64,000 bases of DNA, taken from assembly GCA_963820295.1 (NCBI GenBank), contig CAWFZI010000027.1, positions 124,954 through 188,953 on the forward strand, written 5' to 3'. Each line of letters starts with the position of its first letter. Positions within the stretch are counted from its first letter, which is position 1. Below the pieces are notes generated by a model that made no database searches, was not told where the DNA came from, and worked only from the letters and a program-made list of their open reading frames with translations. This document shows, in pieces, positions 30,992-39,144 of this stretch. The translations under genes were made by a program, and so were the position numbers. This DNA comes from an uncultured Acidobacteriaceae bacterium. Lineage in GTDB: Bacteria; Acidobacteriota; Terriglobia; Terriglobales; Acidobacteriaceae.

Positions 30992-32230
30992 TCAACCCCG
31001 CAGCACCAGCAAACCAGCCAACAGCGCCAAAGGCATCGCCACCAGCCCCACCTTGAAAAACTCCCAGGCAGTAATCTCCACACCCTCGCGCCGCAAGGCG
31101 ATCAGCCACAGAATCGTCGCCAGCGAGCCGGTCACAGAAAGATTCGGCCCCAGGTCCACACCCAGCAGCACCGCGTGCACCATCATTCCCGGCAAAGCCG
31201 CATGGCGCACCGCCGACCCGGCCATCAATCCGACGGGAAGATTGTTCATGCCGTTCGACGCCAGCGCAACCGCGAACGCGGAGACGCCGGAACCCAGCCA
31301 CGCAGGCCCCCGCGCCAGCCTCTCCAACGCCTCCACGCCCACACGCAGCAGGCCTGCGCCTTCAAGAGCCTCCACAATCACAAACAGGCCCGCCACCAGC
31401 GGCAGCACTGACCAGGCGACGCCGCGCGCAACCCTGGGCACAATGCGCCGATTGCGCATCGCGACCACCGCCAGCGCCAATACCGCCGCGCAGCAGGTCG
31501 GCGCACCCAGCGGAACCCCCAGCGCCGACGACACAATCAGCGCCGCGGCTGCCAGCAGCAGCCCCGCCATTGCCAGCCGGCCCTCGGTCGTCAGCGGTGC
31601 CGGCGCAAGGTCGCTTTCGATTTTCTGCTTCAGGTCGCGGCGCGCCAGCCACCGCACGCACAGATACGTGACGGCGATCGATGCTACCGACGGCAGCAGA
31701 AATATCCGTAGCCATCCCAGCAGCGCTGGAATCTCTCTCCCGAAGACCACCAGGTTGGCCGGATTCGATATCGGAAAAACAAAGCTCGCAGCATTCGCCA
31801 CCAGCGCACAGCCGAGCAGATAAGGTTTCGGCTCCACGCGCGCCTTGCGTACTGCGGCCAGCACCGCTGGCGTCAGCACCACCGCCGTTGCATCGTTTGA
31901 AAGCAGCGCCGTCACCGCCACTCCCACCCCATACACCAGTAGAAAGAGCCGCGCCGACGAATGGCGCGCGTGGCTCGCGGCCACTCCGGCCGCCCACTCG
32001 AATACGCCTTCCTCCCGCGCCACCTCTGCCAGGATCATCATCCCCGTCAAAAAAAGGTAGACGTCGAGCCCTTCGGCGACCGCATGGCCGGCGGACTTGA
32101 GCGGCAGCAGCCCCGTCACCACCAGCAGCAGCGCTCCCGCACAAACCCACCACGCCTCGCCAATCTTGCGAGGCCGCAGAAGCATGCAAAGGATACTGAC
32201 CAGGGAAATTATCCAGACAAGCACAGTCAT
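30992..32230 (-). CDS. ArsB/NhaD-superfamily (CitMHS-like) anion permease
   Basis: About 412 aa from the ATG at 32230 (MTVLVWIISL). Polytopic, with an LSNDATAVVLTP motif. Confidence 0.7.
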   Translation of the reverse strand: MTVLVWIISLVSILCMLLRPRKIGEAWWVCAGALLLVVTGLLPLKSAGHAVAEGLDVYLFLTGMMILAEVAREEGVFEWAAGVAASHARHSSARLFLLVYGVGVAVTALLSNDATAVVLTPAVLAAVRKARVEPKPYLLGCALVANAASFVFPISNPANLVVFGREIPALLGWLRIFLLPSVASIAVTYLCVRWLARRDLKQKIESDLAPAPLTTEGRLAMAGLLLAAAALIVSSALGVPLGAPTCCAAVLALAVVAMRNRRIVPRVARGVAWSVLPLVAGLFVIVEALEGAGLLRVGVEALERLARGPAWLGSGVSAFAVALASNGMNNLPVGLMAGSAVRHAALPGMMVHAVLLGVDLGPNLSVTGSLATILWLIALRREGVEITAWEFFKVGLVAMPLALLAGLLVLRG

Positions 32231-32365
32231 TTTGATGCGATCGGGAATTTTTGTTTTTGGGAAAGCCGCGGCCCGTCGTCCCCTTTTGGTGTCCTCTTCG
32301 ATCAAAACACGGCGCACCGGCGCAGCCGCCGGTGACGGCATTCGGATATACATGGCACCGGACAC

Positions 32366-32467
32366 GTAAGACAAAGCGTCCCACGCCGAGATCGCTCCGT
32401 CTTACGCAATTACTACACCCAGGCCGTTGTCTTACACGCGTCTTACCGATGTAAGACAACGTCTTAC
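32366..32467. promoter_or_regulatory. Cluster of six GTAAGAC/GTCTTAC heptamers (candidate operator array)
   Basis: Copies at 32366, 32399, 32429, 32440, 32451 and 32461. Includes GTCTTAC-CGAT-GTAAGAC and GTAAGAC-AAC-GTCTTAC inverted pairs. Confidence 0.4.
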
Positions 32468-32493
32468 AGAGAGGCGATCCGCGTCCAGCGACA

Positions 32494-32550
32494 CTCCAAT
32501 CCGCACGACAATGGGTGCCCCTGGTCCCTCGCTCGTGGGGACCAGGGAGG
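32494..32550 (+). repeat. Repeat family A hairpin
   Basis: CTCCAATCCGCACGACAATGGGTGCCCCTGGTCCCTCGCTCGTGGGGACCAGGGAGG. Confidence 0.7.
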
Positions 32551-32590
32551 CAATACCCCAGGTATGAGTCCAAAGCCTCGAATTACCCTC

Positions 32591-32650
32591 TCAAATGCCA
32601 CAACAAATGGGTGCCCCATCCAAGCTCTGCTTGGGTGGGAAAGCAACGAA
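32591..32650 (+). repeat. Repeat family B hairpin
   Basis: TCAAATGCCACAACAAATGGGTGCCCCATCCAAGCTCTGCTTGGGTGGGAAAGCAACG. Confidence 0.65.
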
Positions 32651-32714
32651 CCTCGCCATCCAGGGAAAGCGCGAACCAACAAGGAACGGGACGAGCTCCA
32701 GCCAATGACAAAGC

Positions 32715-33386
32715 TCAGCCGGCACTGCCATCCAACCAAGCCGCCAACTCCGTGTGTCCGCGTTCCCGCGCAAAATCCGCGGGCGTCTTGCCCTGCTCAT
32801 TCACGTGCTTCGGGTCGGCGCCGTGCGTCACCAGCAGCTCGGCTAAATCTTTTCTGTTGGCCGTTGCCGCCGAAAAGATCGCCGTGTACCCGGCTGTCTG
32901 CACGGCGTTCGCATCGGCCCCGTGCGCCAGCAACAACTCAATTGTCGACGCATTCCGCCCCAGCGCCAGCGCCGCATGCAGCGGTTGGTTGCGCTGCGGA
33001 TTCTGCGACACCGCATCCACGCGCGCCCCGCGAAAAATCAGCGCCGCCGACGACATGGGAGTCCCAAACGCGGCAGCAAGATGAAGCGCGGTCCACCCGT
33101 CTCCGCTCATGGCTTGCGCTGCCGTCTCATCGGCGCCCAGCACGGCATGCAAGCGCGCCTCATCGCCAGTGGCCGCCGCCTCAAACACGTCCAGAGGACT
33201 GCCGCTCTGCGCGCGCGTCTTCAGCAGCAGATCGCGAATTGCCGTCTGCCCTGTGTACACCGCCCACAGCACGGATGACACGCCTTGACCGTCGCGAAAT
33301 TCAGCGAGGGACGGATCGTTTTCAAGCGCACTGGTCACTGCGGCAAGATCGCCGTTTCGAATCAACTTCAGAAAATTTTGGCTCAC
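32715..33386 (-). CDS. Ankyrin-repeat protein
   Basis: 223 aa. Repeated G.TALH.AA..G....LL..GAD units. Its GTG start overlaps the upstream stop (GTGA). Confidence 0.85.
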   Translation of the reverse strand: MSQNFLKLIRNGDLAAVTSALENDPSLAEFRDGQGVSSVLWAVYTGQTAIRDLLLKTRAQSGSPLDVFEAAATGDEARLHAVLGADETAAQAMSGDGWTALHLAAAFGTPMSSAALIFRGARVDAVSQNPQRNQPLHAALALGRNASTIELLLAHGADANAVQTAGYTAIFSAATANRKDLAELLVTHGADPKHVNEQGKTPADFARERGHTELAAWLDGSAG

Positions 33387-34789
33387 GGATGGACCACACT
33401 ATACGGCCCCGGAAGCTTCGGCCCGGCATCGGCTGCCTCCGCCTCGGGCTTCGCTGGCTGATTGGTTCGTTTTGAATAAATGCGGAACTGGACCACAACG
33501 TCCAGCAACACCGGAACGGCTTTGCCGTCTTTCATTGCAGGCTCAAAGCTTGCCTTGCGAATCGTATCGGCCGCGCTCTCGTCCAGGCCAAAACCGATTG
33601 GCCGTCCTACAACGATCTCCTGCGGCTTCCCGTCGGGGCCAATGACTGCGTGGTAGAGCGCCATTCCCGCCACTCCGCTTGCCTGCGCGTATTCGTTCGA
33701 TGGAGCTTCGAGCGTTGACAGCAGCTTGGCCTTCCGATCCACGTTGCCTTGGCGTAAGACAGCCGGGTCCGTCGGTTTGTAATCGGCCTGCTCTGCAACG
33801 GCCCTGTAATACAGCTTCCAGAAACTCGGCAGCGACGCGATCATCCGCTCGTCGAGCCCCGGCGCAAAGATATGATCGATCGCTTCCCGCAGCAGCCGCG
33901 CCGCGTGGGCCGGAGAAGTCGTTGTCGTCACGCTCCCTGCATCCGCCGGCCGATCGGCCTCCGGAGCCGCGTTCATCTCGGCCTTTGCCTGCTCGGCATC
34001 GCTGGGCTCATTCGACCCGCTTCCAGACGCGGTTCCAGTTGCAAGTGCAGCTCCAGACGCAGGCGCGATTCCAGTTGCGGTTTCCTTTGCATCTTTGCTT
34101 GCAGGTGCGTTCTTGTCCTTCTTTTTCTTCTTCGGAGTCACCACCAGCTCACGGTCGATGGTGATCTTCACAACCTTTTTCTTTGGCGTGATCCGAACCT
34201 TGTCCACGGCTTTGGTTGGATCCTCATCCGCACGCGCGCCCAGAAAGTGCAGTCCGTAGCGGATGCCCGTCAGCTCGACCTTGTGCTTCGACAGATGCAC
34301 CTTGTCGATCTGGATCAGGCTCAGCGTATAGGAGCCTTGCGGAGAGTGCCCGGTCAGCTTGCCATGCTCATCGAAGCTCAGCGAGTTATCGAGATAGCCG
34401 TCCCGCAGATAAAACGTCTTGCCCGCGACAAGCTGCTTCACTTCTTCTTCGGTGATCGCGCCCTTGGTCTCCGCGCTTGCATCGGTCGGCGTCGCGATTG
34501 AGGCCGAAGCCTGCGGCCCCGGTTGATTCGAGGTCGCGGGTTGAGTCGAATCTGTTGGCTGCGCCTGCGCGGCTGCAGGCGCTTCCGGTTGTTGCGCGTT
34601 GCCGGTCGGCGTCGCCGTTTCAGCAGACGGTTGCGCGGTCGCATTGGCGGCCGGTTGCTGCGGCGTGTCCGCGGGTGTCTGCGCGGGCGTCTGCGCAACC
34701 CCACAAGCGCAGCCCAGCGCAAGCCCTCCCAGCAGCAGGACGTAGGCGCGACACAACTGATTCCGCGAGAGAAAAGGGAAGCACTTCAT
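33383..34789 (-). CDS. Lipoprotein-like protein with Pro/Ala/Gln-rich linker and a C-terminal TonB_C domain
   Basis: 468 aa. The LALGCAC lipobox-like signal and the C-terminal GVAGMALYHAVIGPDGKPQEIVV...KAVPVLLDVVVQFRIY block resemble the TonB C-terminal domain. Confidence 0.6.
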   Translation of the reverse strand: MKCFPFLSRNQLCRAYVLLLGGLALGCACGVAQTPAQTPADTPQQPAANATAQPSAETATPTGNAQQPEAPAAAQAQPTDSTQPATSNQPGPQASASIATPTDASAETKGAITEEEVKQLVAGKTFYLRDGYLDNSLSFDEHGKLTGHSPQGSYTLSLIQIDKVHLSKHKVELTGIRYGLHFLGARADEDPTKAVDKVRITPKKKVVKITIDRELVVTPKKKKKDKNAPASKDAKETATGIAPASGAALATGTASGSGSNEPSDAEQAKAEMNAAPEADRPADAGSVTTTTSPAHAARLLREAIDHIFAPGLDERMIASLPSFWKLYYRAVAEQADYKPTDPAVLRQGNVDRKAKLLSTLEAPSNEYAQASGVAGMALYHAVIGPDGKPQEIVVGRPIGFGLDESAADTIRKASFEPAMKDGKAVPVLLDVVVQFRIYSKRTNQPAKPEAEAADAGPKLPGPYSVVHP

Positions 34790-34861
34790 GGGGGATGACC
34801 TATGTCAAAAACTCTATCAGGCGCAGGCGAATCGGCCGTATTGGAATTCGATGAACGCGGG

Positions 34862-35671
34862 TTACTGAGGTGTCTTCGGCGACGTCCTGGAATGCAGGCC
34901 CTTCAGCCTCCAGAGAATGCGCCGGAAGATGCCCAGGGCACGGCGAACATCCGCCTCGCTCCAATGCAGTCGTCGCACAAGGAGCCGAAGGTCATGCCGG
35001 TTCGCCGCTTCCATGATCTGGGGCGAGTAGTCTGCCGCGCGCATCGTCTCTTCAACCGCCTCGACGAGCCGGTCCAGCATGCCGGAGACGGCAGCGGGCG
35101 ACGCTTCAGCCGCATATTCCGCGGGATCCAAGTGCCTTCCGGCTTGGGCGTTTGCCGACCGAGACAATTCATAGAGACACACAGCCACAGCTTGCCCAAG
35201 GTTCATCGAGGGCTGGCGCGCGTCCGTAGGAATCTCGACAAGGCAATGGCAGTAAGACAAATCCTCGCGTGTAAGACCGTGCTTCTCCGGCCCGAAGACC
35301 AATGCAATACGCCCTTCCCGCACCGACTCTGCAGTAAGACGTTGCGGCAGGTCTGTAAGACAAACAACCTCCTGCTCCGGCTTCCGGTGTTGCAAGGTGC
35401 CTGTGCCCACGACGAACGTGCACGCTGCGACTGCGTCGGCGAGTGTTGCGGTTTCTCGTGCGTTCCTGAGCAGATCAGGTGCGCCGACAGCGGATTTTGC
35501 CTCGCGCCAGTGGGCTTCAAACGGCGCGACAACGGTCAGATGCGAGAAGCCGAAGTTCGCCATTGCGCGCGCCACCGCACCGATGTTCAGCGGATTGCGC
35601 GGCGACACCAGCACTACGTCGATCTGTTCGCGTTGGGCTTCTGTCCGCAAGCAATCTCCGCAAGCAATCAT
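34862..35671 (-). CDS. trmJ: SpoU/TrmH-family RNA 2'-O-methyltransferase (TrmJ-like)
   Basis: VVLVSPRNPLNIGAVARAMANFG, LVFGPEKHGL and SMNLGQAVAV motifs. The start is uncertain (35671 or 35734). Confidence 0.75.
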   Translation of the reverse strand: MIACGDCLRTEAQREQIDVVLVSPRNPLNIGAVARAMANFGFSHLTVVAPFEAHWREAKSAVGAPDLLRNARETATLADAVAACTFVVGTGTLQHRKPEQEVVCLTDLPQRLTAESVREGRIALVFGPEKHGLTREDLSYCHCLVEIPTDARQPSMNLGQAVAVCLYELSRSANAQAGRHLDPAEYAAEASPAAVSGMLDRLVEAVEETMRAADYSPQIMEAANRHDLRLLVRRLHWSEADVRRALGIFRRILWRLKGLHSRTSPKTPQ

Positions 35672-35807
35672 TGTAGGCGCTGCATTTCTGTGCGCCAGCA
35701 CGCCCGTGACGCGGACTCGCGAGAAGCGGCACACACGCGTGAGGCAGCAGGCGGTTTGTGTCTCACGGCAAAACTGCTGCCTGCATAGATTGATACACTG
35801 CTCATCG

Positions 35808-36491
35808 ATGGCTTCCCCTCGAGATCAAGTTGCCGACGCATCTGCGTCGGTGTTGTCCGTTCCTGGCCGAGCATCGGCAGAACCGGTCGCGTTGGAGATC
35901 GATGCACTCTGCGCCACGGCGCGATGGTGTGCGCACTGCGGATGGGTTCCAGCTACGAGCGGCAACTTCAGCGTGCGCGCGGGCAACCGCATCTTCATCA
36001 CGTCTACGGGATTGGATAAGGGCGCGCTGGCGCCTGAAGATCTGCTCGAAATCGACATGGAAGGCCGTGCGGTTGCGGGACGCGGTAAGCCTTCCGCAGA
36101 GACCGGCTTGCACACGGTGATCTATCGCGAGCGGCCCGCAGCGTGCGCGATTCTGCATGTGCACTCGATCTGGAATACGCTGCTTTCCGGGATGTTTGCT
36201 GAGACTGGCCATGTTTTGCTGGAAGGGTACGAGCTGCTGAAGGGGCTGTCGGGCGTGACGACCCACGCGCATCGCGAGGAGGTACCGATTCTCGAGAATA
36301 CGCAGGATTACGCGGTCCTCGCGGACCAATTGACGCAGACGTTGCGGCGGAATGCAGGCGCGCACGGCGTTCTTTTGAGTCGTCATGGGCTTTATACTTG
36401 GGGAGATTCGGTGGCCGAAGCGCGGCGTCATCTGGAAGCGCTGGAGTTTTTGTTCGAGGTCGAAGGCCGCCGGCTTACAGGCACGAACTAG
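35808..36491 (+). CDS. mtnB: Methylthioribulose-1-phosphate dehydratase (class II aldolase fold)
   Basis: ATG at 35808. GNFSVR...FITSTGLDKG...HVHS motifs. Context is with mtnD and mtnC. Confidence 0.75.
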   Translation: MASPRDQVADASASVLSVPGRASAEPVALEIDALCATARWCAHCGWVPATSGNFSVRAGNRIFITSTGLDKGALAPEDLLEIDMEGRAVAGRGKPSAETGLHTVIYRERPAACAILHVHSIWNTLLSGMFAETGHVLLEGYELLKGLSGVTTHAHREEVPILENTQDYAVLADQLTQTLRRNAGAHGVLLSRHGLYTWGDSVAEARRHLEALEFLFEVEGRRLTGTN

Positions 36492-36566
36492 CAAGCACGA
36501 TTTAGCAAGCGCGATTTAGCCGAGCGGGTGCACGGGACGCGAACGAACGGAGTTTCAGGGGCGCGA

Positions 36567-36588
36567 AATTGTTCCACGTGGAACAATT
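36567..36588. promoter_or_regulatory. Perfect 22-bp palindrome AATTGTTCCACGTGGAACAATT (candidate operator)
   Basis: Read directly. An extra half-site, AATTGTTC, is at 36643-36650. It lies in the mtnB-mtnD spacer. Confidence 0.5.
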
Positions 36589-36742
36589 GGACCCTGTAAC
36601 CCGGGTGGGCTGCTCCGTGCAAAGCGGATTTGGCATGAGCAGAATTGTTCATCGAGGAGCAATTCCGTTGGCGAGTACAGGTGTTTTGCGGATCTACAGA
36701 AAGCTGTACTGTTCTGTAATTGGTTTTTTCTGAGGAGTTTGT

Positions 36743-37339
36743 ATGGCTGTGCTGCGATTTCCGGAACAAGCACGCGAGCACGATCAGCCGCTGGTCGGCC
36801 AGGCGGAGATTCAGGCTGCGCTGACGCCGCTGGGAATCGACTATGAGCGGTGGAGCCTGGACCGGGTACCCCCGGACAGCTCGGCAGATGCGGTGTTGGA
36901 GGCCTACGCGGTTGAGATCGAGGCGATGAAGCGGCGCGGCGGCTACGTGACGGCCGATGTGATTGACGTGAACCCGGAGACGCCGAACCTCGAAGCGATG
37001 CTGGCCAAGTTCGATAAGGAGCATACGCACGACGAGGACGAGGTGCGCTTCATTCTCGCGGGCCGCGGGATTTTTTTCCTTGCTTTGGGTGACAGGGTTG
37101 TTTCAGTTGAAGTCGGCCCAGGCGATATGTTGCGCGTGCCGCGCGGAACGAAGCATTGGTTTACGTTGTGCGAAGATCGTCGGATCCGCGCGATTCGCTG
37201 GTTCCAGGACACATCGGGTTGGACGCCGCATTACACGGGATCTGGTAAAGATACCGCCTATCAGCCGCTCTGCTTTGGGCCTGGGTATTTTGGCCCGCGT
37301 GTGGAGGCTGCTTTTGTCCCACCCAACAGCCATGAGTGA
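36743..37339 (+). CDS. mtnD: Acireductone dioxygenase (ARD)
   Basis: 198 aa. EHTHDEDEVRFILAGRGIF and GTKHWF cupin motifs. Confidence 0.85.
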   Translation: MAVLRFPEQAREHDQPLVGQAEIQAALTPLGIDYERWSLDRVPPDSSADAVLEAYAVEIEAMKRRGGYVTADVIDVNPETPNLEAMLAKFDKEHTHDEDEVRFILAGRGIFFLALGDRVVSVEVGPGDMLRVPRGTKHWFTLCEDRRIRAIRWFQDTSGWTPHYTGSGKDTAYQPLCFGPGYFGPRVEAAFVPPNSHE

Positions 37340-38042
37340 TCCGAGGCGTGTTTATCTGCTGGACGTCGAGGGCACGGTCGCGCCCATTTCGCTGGTCAGC
37401 GAGCAACTGTTTCCCTACGCGCGGACGCATCTTGCGGACTATCTCAAGCAGAACCTGACGAGCGCCGCGGTGCAAGCGGATCTACGGCTACTGGCGGAAG
37501 AGAATCGCGCGGAGACGAACGAAACGAGCCCGACCTTCGGGGTTGAAATACGGAACGAGCTGTACGCGCGTTCTTATCTTCTTTGGCTGATGGAGCAGGA
37601 CCGTAAATCGACAGCGCTGAAATCGCTGCAGGGAAAGATATGGAAGGCCGGCTTTGAGAGCGGCGAACTCAAGGGAACCTTGTTTGCCGATGTGCCCGAG
37701 GCGTTTGCGCGCTGGTCGCAGGAGGGCAAGGTGGCAATTTATTCATCGGGATCGGTGGAGGCGCAGCAGCTTTTGTTTCGCTACTCGATCTACGGCGACC
37801 TGACGCCTTTGATCGCGGGCTACTTTGACACGCGGACCGGGGCCAAGGGGGAGACGGCGAGTTATGCGGCGATAGTTGCGGCGTTGGGCGCTGTGCCGGA
37901 CGAGATGACATTCTTCTCCGACGTGGTGCGCGAGCTGGATGCGGCGCGCGAAGCCGGTTGTGCAACGCGGCTCGTGGTGCGCGAAGGCAATGCTCCGGTA
38001 GAGGACGCGCATGGTCATCAGGCGATTTCGTCGCTGATCTGA
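37332..38042 (+). CDS. mtnC: Enolase-phosphatase E1 (HAD family)
   Basis: ATG at 37332 overlaps the mtnD end by 8 nt. LLDVEGTVAPISLV HAD motif I and YSSGSVEAQ. Confidence 0.8.
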   Translation: MSDPRRVYLLDVEGTVAPISLVSEQLFPYARTHLADYLKQNLTSAAVQADLRLLAEENRAETNETSPTFGVEIRNELYARSYLLWLMEQDRKSTALKSLQGKIWKAGFESGELKGTLFADVPEAFARWSQEGKVAIYSSGSVEAQQLLFRYSIYGDLTPLIAGYFDTRTGAKGETASYAAIVAALGAVPDEMTFFSDVVRELDAAREAGCATRLVVREGNAPVEDAHGHQAISSLI

Positions 38043-38069
38043 CGTCGCCGATGGACGAGGCGCAGCCTG

Positions 38070-38351
38070 TTATCTCTGCAACGGATGCGGCGCGAAGACT
38101 TTTATCGCCGCCTTGTTCACTGGATCGGCGCTCATCCATTGGAGAGATTGCGATTCGAGCGCTTCAATGTCGTGAAGCAAGTTGAAGATCTTCGTCTGGA
38201 CCTCGGCTCGGTGGATGAGCGCTTCCGTCTTTTTCCTTGCCGGTGTGAAGGCAGAGAGCACCTCGTGCGCCAACGTGGATGTTTCGAGCTCAGACGATGC
38301 CAACCTGGCTTTCAGCGATTGAATCATTGAAGTGCGAATCGGATCTTCCAT
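38070..38351 (-). CDS. Small helical hypothetical protein
   Basis: 93-aa ORF. I recognise no family. Coding status rests on ORF length only. Confidence 0.3.
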   Translation of the reverse strand: MEDPIRTSMIQSLKARLASSELETSTLAHEVLSAFTPARKKTEALIHRAEVQTKIFNLLHDIEALESQSLQWMSADPVNKAAIKVFAPHPLQR

Positions 38352-38443
38352 AATTTAGGGGCCCTCGGAACGCGATAGATTCATGTTTCATGTGTGTCAT
38401 GTGTCAGGTGTCGGCGTCAGGCGTCGGGCAGGACAACAGCGAT

Positions 38444-38472
38444 CACGGACCTTCGGCTTCACTCGAGATGAC
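38444..38472 (-). repeat. Repeat family C, short form
   Basis: The reverse complement reads GTCATCTCGAGTGAAGCCGAAGGTCCGTG. Confidence 0.4.
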
Positions 38473-38631
38473 CGTCCTCTATTTTTGCGGTGAATCTCAG
38501 AATCAGATGATCAGGTTCCCATCGGATCAATCGTCCCGATGTGATGCAGCGCACTTGATAGGGGCTCTTTTCCCGAACTTCATGCCCGAGATTCGCCCGC
38601 TGATCCTTTTTGCACTAAAAAGAGGGCATTC

Positions 38632-38653
38632 GGGGGGGGGGGGGGGGTGGGGG
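38632..38653. repeat. Homopolymer tract G16-T-G5
   Basis: Counted directly: G at 38632-38647, T at 38648, G at 38649-38653. Confidence 0.9.
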
Positions 38654-38662
38654 TAGTTGGGT

Positions 38663-38998
38663 TCAGGCGGCTTTCGATCTAAAAGTGTGGCCCTGGGTTG
38701 CGGTGTTGGCTACTTGCGCGGCATAGAGGAGTCGGGTCGATTCGGGGCCGGTGAAGACGTCGAGGAGCATGCCCTGGGCTACGCAGGCAATGAAATTGCG
38801 AATGTTCTCAGTGCCCGAGAGCGGAGGCATGGCTTCGCGATAGGCTCGCGCGGCGGCGTCTACGGCGCGGATTCTGCAAGCCTTCTCTGACTCGGCTGTT
38901 TGCGGCGTCGCGAGGGTGTCGAGGAAAGCGCGTTCCAACTCTTCGCGGCAGCGTGCGGCGGCGGCGATGCTTTCGCAGGTTTGCGGAGTTTCAGGCAT
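38663..38998 (-). CDS. Hypothetical protein
   Basis: ORF with an internal ATG at 38998 (MPETPQTCES...). I recognise no family. Confidence 0.3.
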   Translation of the reverse strand: MPETPQTCESIAAAARCREELERAFLDTLATPQTAESEKACRIRAVDAAARAYREAMPPLSGTENIRNFIACVAQGMLLDVFTGPESTRLLYAAQVANTATQGHTFRSKAA

Positions 38999-39144
38999 AT
39001 TGGTTTTGTCCTTTGCTGGTGTTGTTTCAAGTGTGCGCGCAAGGCGGGAAATAATCTGCAATTGAGGACGTGAATGATCCGGGGCCGATCCGATCCGGAG
39101 GGAATTCCGGCTCTGCGTTTACTTGCGGTGCGCTGAGCGACTTC

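Noticed and set aside
31362-32573. 403-aa ORF overlapping the ArsB-like permease in another frame and running into the repeats.
   Set aside because: It has Gly/Arg-rich low-complexity composition. The permease frame gives a coherent polytopic membrane protein.
30761-33084. ORFs translated across repeat modules (30761..31411, 30858..31823, 32515..33084, 32564..33475). Similar ones are at 40284..40547 and 56306..56933.
   Set aside because: Their N-termini are just translations of the A, B and C repeats (GCPWSLA.GDQG, GCPIQAALGWES), and the remainder overlaps real genes out of frame.
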